From the human T2T-CHM13v2.0 reference genome, Homo sapiens, in the NCBI RefSeq assembly GCF_009914755.1, contig NC_060928.1: DNA of 64,000 nucleotides. One strand, given 5' to 3'. Shown here piece after piece: positions 58,691 through 64,000 of this stretch. The translations under genes and the position numbers were made by a program. How positions within the stretch are numbered: the stretch's first letter is position 1; every line of letters begins with the position of its first letter. Under the pieces are notes generated by a model, which was not told the origin of the DNA, ran no database searches, and saw only the letters and a program-made list of their open reading frames with translations.

Positions 58691-60066
58691 CCATGTTGCT
58701 TCATCCGAGGCAAAAACACACACTCTTTCCACTCTGGAGGGTTGTGTACCTTACAATAATTACCAATATCAGTTTATTACATTCAAATATATAAGAATGC
58801 ATACTTTTGAGTTTTAGAAGTTCCCAAAACTGCTTGTTATTTACTCCTGTGAACTTCCCAAACTGGTATTTGTGACAAGTATTTTCATAGGCAAGTTTTA
58901 TTTGTTTATATATTTTCTTCTTCTTTTCCTGCAAACATATTACTTAGGTCAAAATGTCCTGATTTTAAAAACTGTCTTCTTATTTACAAATCGTAATGTT
59001 TTCTTCTAGCTAGATACTTTCTCTGTCTTAGTAAACTGAAAACATGGCATTCTGGCCTTTGTCAGTAACAACATTAACACTGCCTCAACTCACTTCTGTT
59101 TTCACCTAAAACGTAAGGAAAATTCATCTGCGAAGGAGCAAAAAAAGAGGTGAACATGACATTCATCAGAATGCAATTGACATTTTTCCTGAAAATAAAA
59201 CTTTCTAAAATGTATCTCAGTGATTTTCTGATAAGACTGCATATAAAAGCTTGAAGCATTATTATTGTTAGTTTGAGATAAGGGGAATTATACTACAGTG
59301 ACTGTTTAGGAAGCCGTGATCTGGAAGGGCTGCATCAGATTACCATTTTAACAACATTAGCTGGTTCTTAAGGCTCGCAGAACTGGAAGGAGGTCATATA
59401 TGAGGAGAAACAGGCTTCATTAGTATAACTCCTTCCAACATTAAAGAGAGATTTTATTTTCCACAATCAGAGTTATAGTACATGATATCTCTTGCATTAT
59501 CCAATAAATAAAATGTTAAAGGGTGTGATTATGGGATGCTTACATATCATGGGATAGAGTGAAATGAGAAATACAAAATAGTACTTTGTTAATCTAAGAT
59601 GCTTTACATCACTTCATTTGCATGCTATAAATACTGTTTCATGAAAAGTGGTTTTAGAGCTGACTGCTTCACTGCCTCAGTTTTTACATCTTTTATACAT
59701 ACACATTAACCTGTCTTAAGAATCAGCTTAAAATATCTTTCCTCATTTTAGCTAGTATAACGTGGATCAAAATAGAGGCATTTAGAGCATTGACTTAATA
59801 TTGAAATTTTGCTAGAGTGCTTTCCAAGCCAATAATTGCAAGCTCTCCCAGAAGTATATGGTGTTGTATTGATCCTGGATTCATCACTCACAACTAGTCA
59901 CCCACTTGACTCTATTGACAATGACAGTGGAATGTACAGCGGGTAGGAAGCATGAGAGTACTTATGGTTTCCCTCTGGTTTCACGCTTAGTGTTGTCTAA
60001 TTGGATATCGTGAGTGGCTGCTGAAATCAGGAGGAGGGGGAGAGGGAGCAGTTGGGAGGATGGTTG

Positions 60067-60119
60067 CACGCAGGGATTTTCCTATAAAAGGATTGTTTTT
60101 GGTAGTTTGTGATTACTTC
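60067..60119 (+). promoter_or_regulatory. Candidate core promoter: XRE core + kB site + TATA + Inr-like
   Basis: cacgca (60067) gggattttcc (60073) tataaaag (60083); ttacttc with A at 60115. Motif match only. Confidence 0.3.
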
Positions 60120-60806
60120 AACTATATTAAACTAAATGTTTCAAATTCTTTCTTCTGTACTTACACATGTTAGCAAACCACAATTACACTTCTACTAGTC
60201 TGTTTTGTTCCCATTTGGGGAGTACAGTTGAGAAAAATTATCATGAAGAAATACTGGAGACATTTTAAATATGAGTATCATCTCTTTTCACCCTCCTCTC
60301 CTACTTCTTCCCTCTCAGTGTAAACATCTTATACATCAGATTATCCTATGCCTGCCCTGAACCACGTGCCCATCATTTGGCTGAATCCCTCTACAATGTT
60401 CTGAGGCAGGTTTCATGTTTAAACTCTAGCCCAAGGCCTTTTTGATCAAATATTTTCTATGAGTCACAAGTAGGCAGTAGGTCCCATTTTCTACTGTAGG
60501 TCATCATCAACAATCCCTTCAGTGCAGAGATTGTTAAAAATAACTGAAGATATTTTGTAGCATTTATTTGTTCATTTCTTAGCAAGTCCCATGTGTGTGG
60601 TGTGTTTGCATATCCACAGAACCATATCTTGATAGTACAAAGAGGAACAGCACTCTTGCCACCATCAAGGTACTTAACATCTGCTGGAGCAGGGGAAGAG
60701 TTGTACACAGATAATAAGAGCAGAACATGACAGTTTCCAGGAAAAAAAAAAGATGTATGCTTATATATACATATACTATTAATGCTCAAAAGATAAAGCA
60801 TCTTAC

Positions 60807-60966
60807 CTGAAGATTGGAAGAAAACCCCTCAGAAGACCCTTCTTTCATAGTCTGAAACCCCGTTGCATTAATTCACTCAGAACTGCAGTTGGTAGTGCCC
60901 AGTTTCCAAGCTGACAAGCACCACGTGGGGACAAAGTTATCAAAAGTGCACACTTGTTGTATACAC
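60807..60966 (-). other. Candidate 160-nt exon (non-coding or decayed)
   Basis: U-rich AG-free tract, tandem TAGTAG acceptor, donor cag|gtaaga; stops in all frames. Confidence 0.25.
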
Positions 60967-61689
60967 CTACTACGTACCAACAAAAATTTCAAAAGATAAA
61001 TAAATTTAGTAAAAGTACACACTTGTGAATCAGGAAAATTGAGAGTGGACTTTTCTACAGAACACATTTCAGGGGAATTGACATCTTTTTTAAAATGAGA
61101 AGTAATAATTTATAAGGTTTCTGGATTACCTGAAACATTCTTCTTCTATCAGTAAATAAGCAAAAAAACAATCTCCTTATGCAGATTATAAGGGTCTTTA
61201 TTATATTTCAGTGCTAACTTTAAGATTCAGTGGAAATTCTTGGCCAGTTTCTTTCAGAAAAGAGCTAAATATAAATGACACCCAAACTGAAATCTTTATT
61301 TTGGCATTATTTATCATCCAGATGGATGACAGTCAGCAACTCTATTCAACAGGTTAACTAATTTATTTGTCTAGGGGTACATTTTGCAGATTATTTATCC
61401 TGGCAAACCCACTGGGAAGCAGTCTGCTCAAGATTTTGTTTTCCACAGGAGTCCTAATAAAGTCCTCTAATGCTACAAGCAGATGACTGATAGCTTGACC
61501 CCAGACTCTTCTAGGAAATGACACCTTTTCTTTTCCTTCCTTCCTCCAGAAGTGTGGCTCAGAGTTTAAGCACTGAGGAAGGCCAACCTTATTCCTGCCT
61601 GTGTGCCATGTTGTAACTCCCTTGGTTCAAAATTTAAGTGGCTTTGGAATTATTAACAAAAATAATGAACAAAACAATTTGTATTGCCT

Positions 61690-61835
61690 TTTTAACTTCA
61701 CTGAGACTTGGTTTTGTAATCTGAGAAAAGGAAACACGTTTAACCTTATAGAGCGCTTGTGGAATTAAATGATAATACGAACTTGACTTGTGCTGCACAT
61801 GTCTGGCACATAGGAAGCACTTCATTAATTTTATA
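61690..61835 (+). mobile_element. MIR relic
   Basis: tttaacttcactgagacttggttttgtaatctg...gtctggcacataggaagcacttcattaat. Confidence 0.6.
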
Positions 61836-63019
61836 ACCTTTTCTTTGACTTCATGTGCAAAGTTAGGTGTTTGTTGGATAAGAGGAGCTACAGAGCCCAT
61901 CACGTTTTCTTTTGCACCTTGTCAGAAGGCACAGTTTGTGTGCGACGGCGCTCACATTTTATGGATCACTATTAATGTTATAATCATCTACCCTATCATA
62001 TTTCATAATTTAGCCTTTATTCTCCATATTTAATTACTTTTCTCTTTCTGCCTCTTATTGGAAATACTGAAACGTTTTGAGTAGAGAGAGTAAATAAAAA
62101 TAACTTCTTTGGGACTCAATTTTCATCGATATTTGTAATGAATGCTATCTCAGATACCTTTCGGACCTAAAAATCCATGGTTTAGTTTAAAACATGATAA
62201 CTTATTGTGAGTGTGATTATAATATTATTGCAAGCACTATACTCTCCGATGATGGTTGAAAAATCAAGTTGAGTGAATGATTCCCTAGGATTCCAAAATC
62301 ATTTAATGCTTTGTCACTGCAAGGAGTTTGCCATATGGCTATGAGAGAAGCCATGTACTAATAAGCAGCTATGGGCAATGCATGCATTAGACAGTAATAC
62401 AATGAATGCACATCATTATGTATTCAATGAGTGCCACAGGCAGACATTGCAAGGTGTTTCGAGTGAGAACATGTCATCTGATAAAGTATCATGATAAGGT
62501 AAGCTTCCAGTTAATTCATGAAGGATATATTGTATTTGAATTAAGAAGAGAAAAAGTAAGGACATTTTCGGTATGGAAACAATAGGGACAAAGATATAGA
62601 AATGATTATACCTCGACAATACTGAGGGAAGAATAAATTCATCAGTCTGGAGCACAGTATTTTTGCAGAATATGATTTCCCAGACTGTGTTACATAAAGA
62701 ACTATATTCACATAAGGTGCTCTGTGAACAAACAAGGAAACATTTCTGTGACTGCATAAGGAATGTTTAGTAAAAGTAAACACATTTCTTTACTGCAGGA
62801 CTTTTCAGAGCATTTAACCTACAAGGAATTTTTTTTCATGCTTATGTAATCCTGAAGACTTTCTTTGAGGAGCACTTACTAACATCTCTTGAGACTACCA
62901 TGTGAATTGCTGATAAAAAGAATAATGGAAGATGAGATTAGAGAGGTAATTTAGAGATGGCCAGTGGAGGGCCTTGCACCCTAGATCAAGGAGACTGAGC
63001 ATAAACCTGGGAGGGGTGA

Positions 63020-63270
63020 ACTGCATAGGACTCGAAAATATGGGCTCTGAAGTCAGCCAGTTGGACTCCACCAAGCTGCACCACCTCCTGGCTGGCTGAT
63101 ATCAAGAGAGCTCCTTTGCCAGTTCCTGTTGTAGAATCCAATTGGATATTTGTTTACTAGCAGTTCCATTGCAAAACCATGGCGAATAAGAAGAGTTAGC
63201 AGGTGAAAATTGCTGACGTCAGAGCCTAGCACAGAGCAAGCAACCTAAAAGCATTAGATAACATTATTAA
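63020..63270 (+). mobile_element. MIR relic containing a full CRE
   Basis: tgggctctgaagtcagcc...gcctagcacagagcaagcaacctaaaagcattag. Confidence 0.55.
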
Positions 63271-64000
63271 TGGAATGTGGTTAAACTATTTCAAGCAAAG
63301 AAATGGCATTATAAAAAGAGTGTTTAAAAAAGGGGAGGGTGTTTTAGCAAAGTGAACCTCTTACCAAAGAAGAAATCTTCAGTTAGAACTTTGGATACAG
63401 TTGTAGGAAGCAGTAAAAGAATGGAAATTCATCTTGTGCCTCATTATAACTGGAACAGTTCCTTATATGCCTAGAAGTCAGATCTCTATTGAAAATGTTG
63501 GTGTGTAATTGTTTTAAAATGAGGAAATTTTCTTTGATTAAAAGGTACTTTGTAAATTTCTCCCCAAAATATTTTGTGTGTATTATGTGAAAGTGCAATA
63601 TGTGTGTTTACGGGTGGATGTGTGTATTCCGTATAATTTTTAAGGGCACAGGATTTTTCACAGCTATTTATTAACTCTGCTGCTTCACTTTGAGGCATTT
63701 ATTTTGGTTCTTCACCCTGTCATTTTTATGGCATTTGTAATACCTTTAGATTTAACTGGATATTAGAACTGACTTTTTAATGAAAAAAGTTTTCCAATAA
63801 GAGGATATTTTGAAGAAGTTAATTTTTCTAATCCTTGGCATGTGACTGCTATTTTTTCCTCCAGTGTGTGGCATTCCTTGGAATATATTAAAACAGACTG
63901 AAGCTTATCAAATATAATAAGATTTTAGTTTAAGAGAATATAACCATTAACAACAGTTTCAAAAATTAATCATTTTTATTCTATTAGAGGAAAAATTTGT

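Noticed and set aside
60840-60966. ELMQRGFRL resembling NDP-kinase KGFRL
   Set aside because: Only a few residues match and the KPD motif is missing, so no homology can be claimed

Overview
This is AT-rich primate genomic DNA, probably catarrhine or human (AluY, AluS/J and L1PA copies with intact target-site duplications). It looks intronic or intergenic. I cannot identify a protein-coding gene: the supplied ORFs are explained by (TA)n arrays, Alu/L1/LTR sequence, a 24-bp VNTR, or chance. Repeats were assigned by eye from recalled consensus motifs, so subfamily names and the edges of old elements are approximate. They comprise about 15 Alu loci, one 5'-truncated L1PA, MaLR/ERVL solo LTRs, MER3/MER5A/MER58A/Tigger3a DNA elements, and many MIR/L2 relics. 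The clearest unusual structures are a ~1.3-kb almost pure A/T array (26.1-27.4 kb), a trimeric chimeric Alu inside one TSD (32.7 kb), a 9x24-bp VNTR grown out of an L2 with an E-box in every unit (37.4 kb), and a ~298-bp tandem duplication carrying a consensus splice donor in each copy (51.6-52.2 kb). The last ~19 kb has no Alu and holds an abutting XRE/NF-kB/TATA motif set. Several exon-shaped segments on both strands hint at an unannotated spliced transcript or decayed gene, but this is unproven. I found no convincing evidence of a new biological system.
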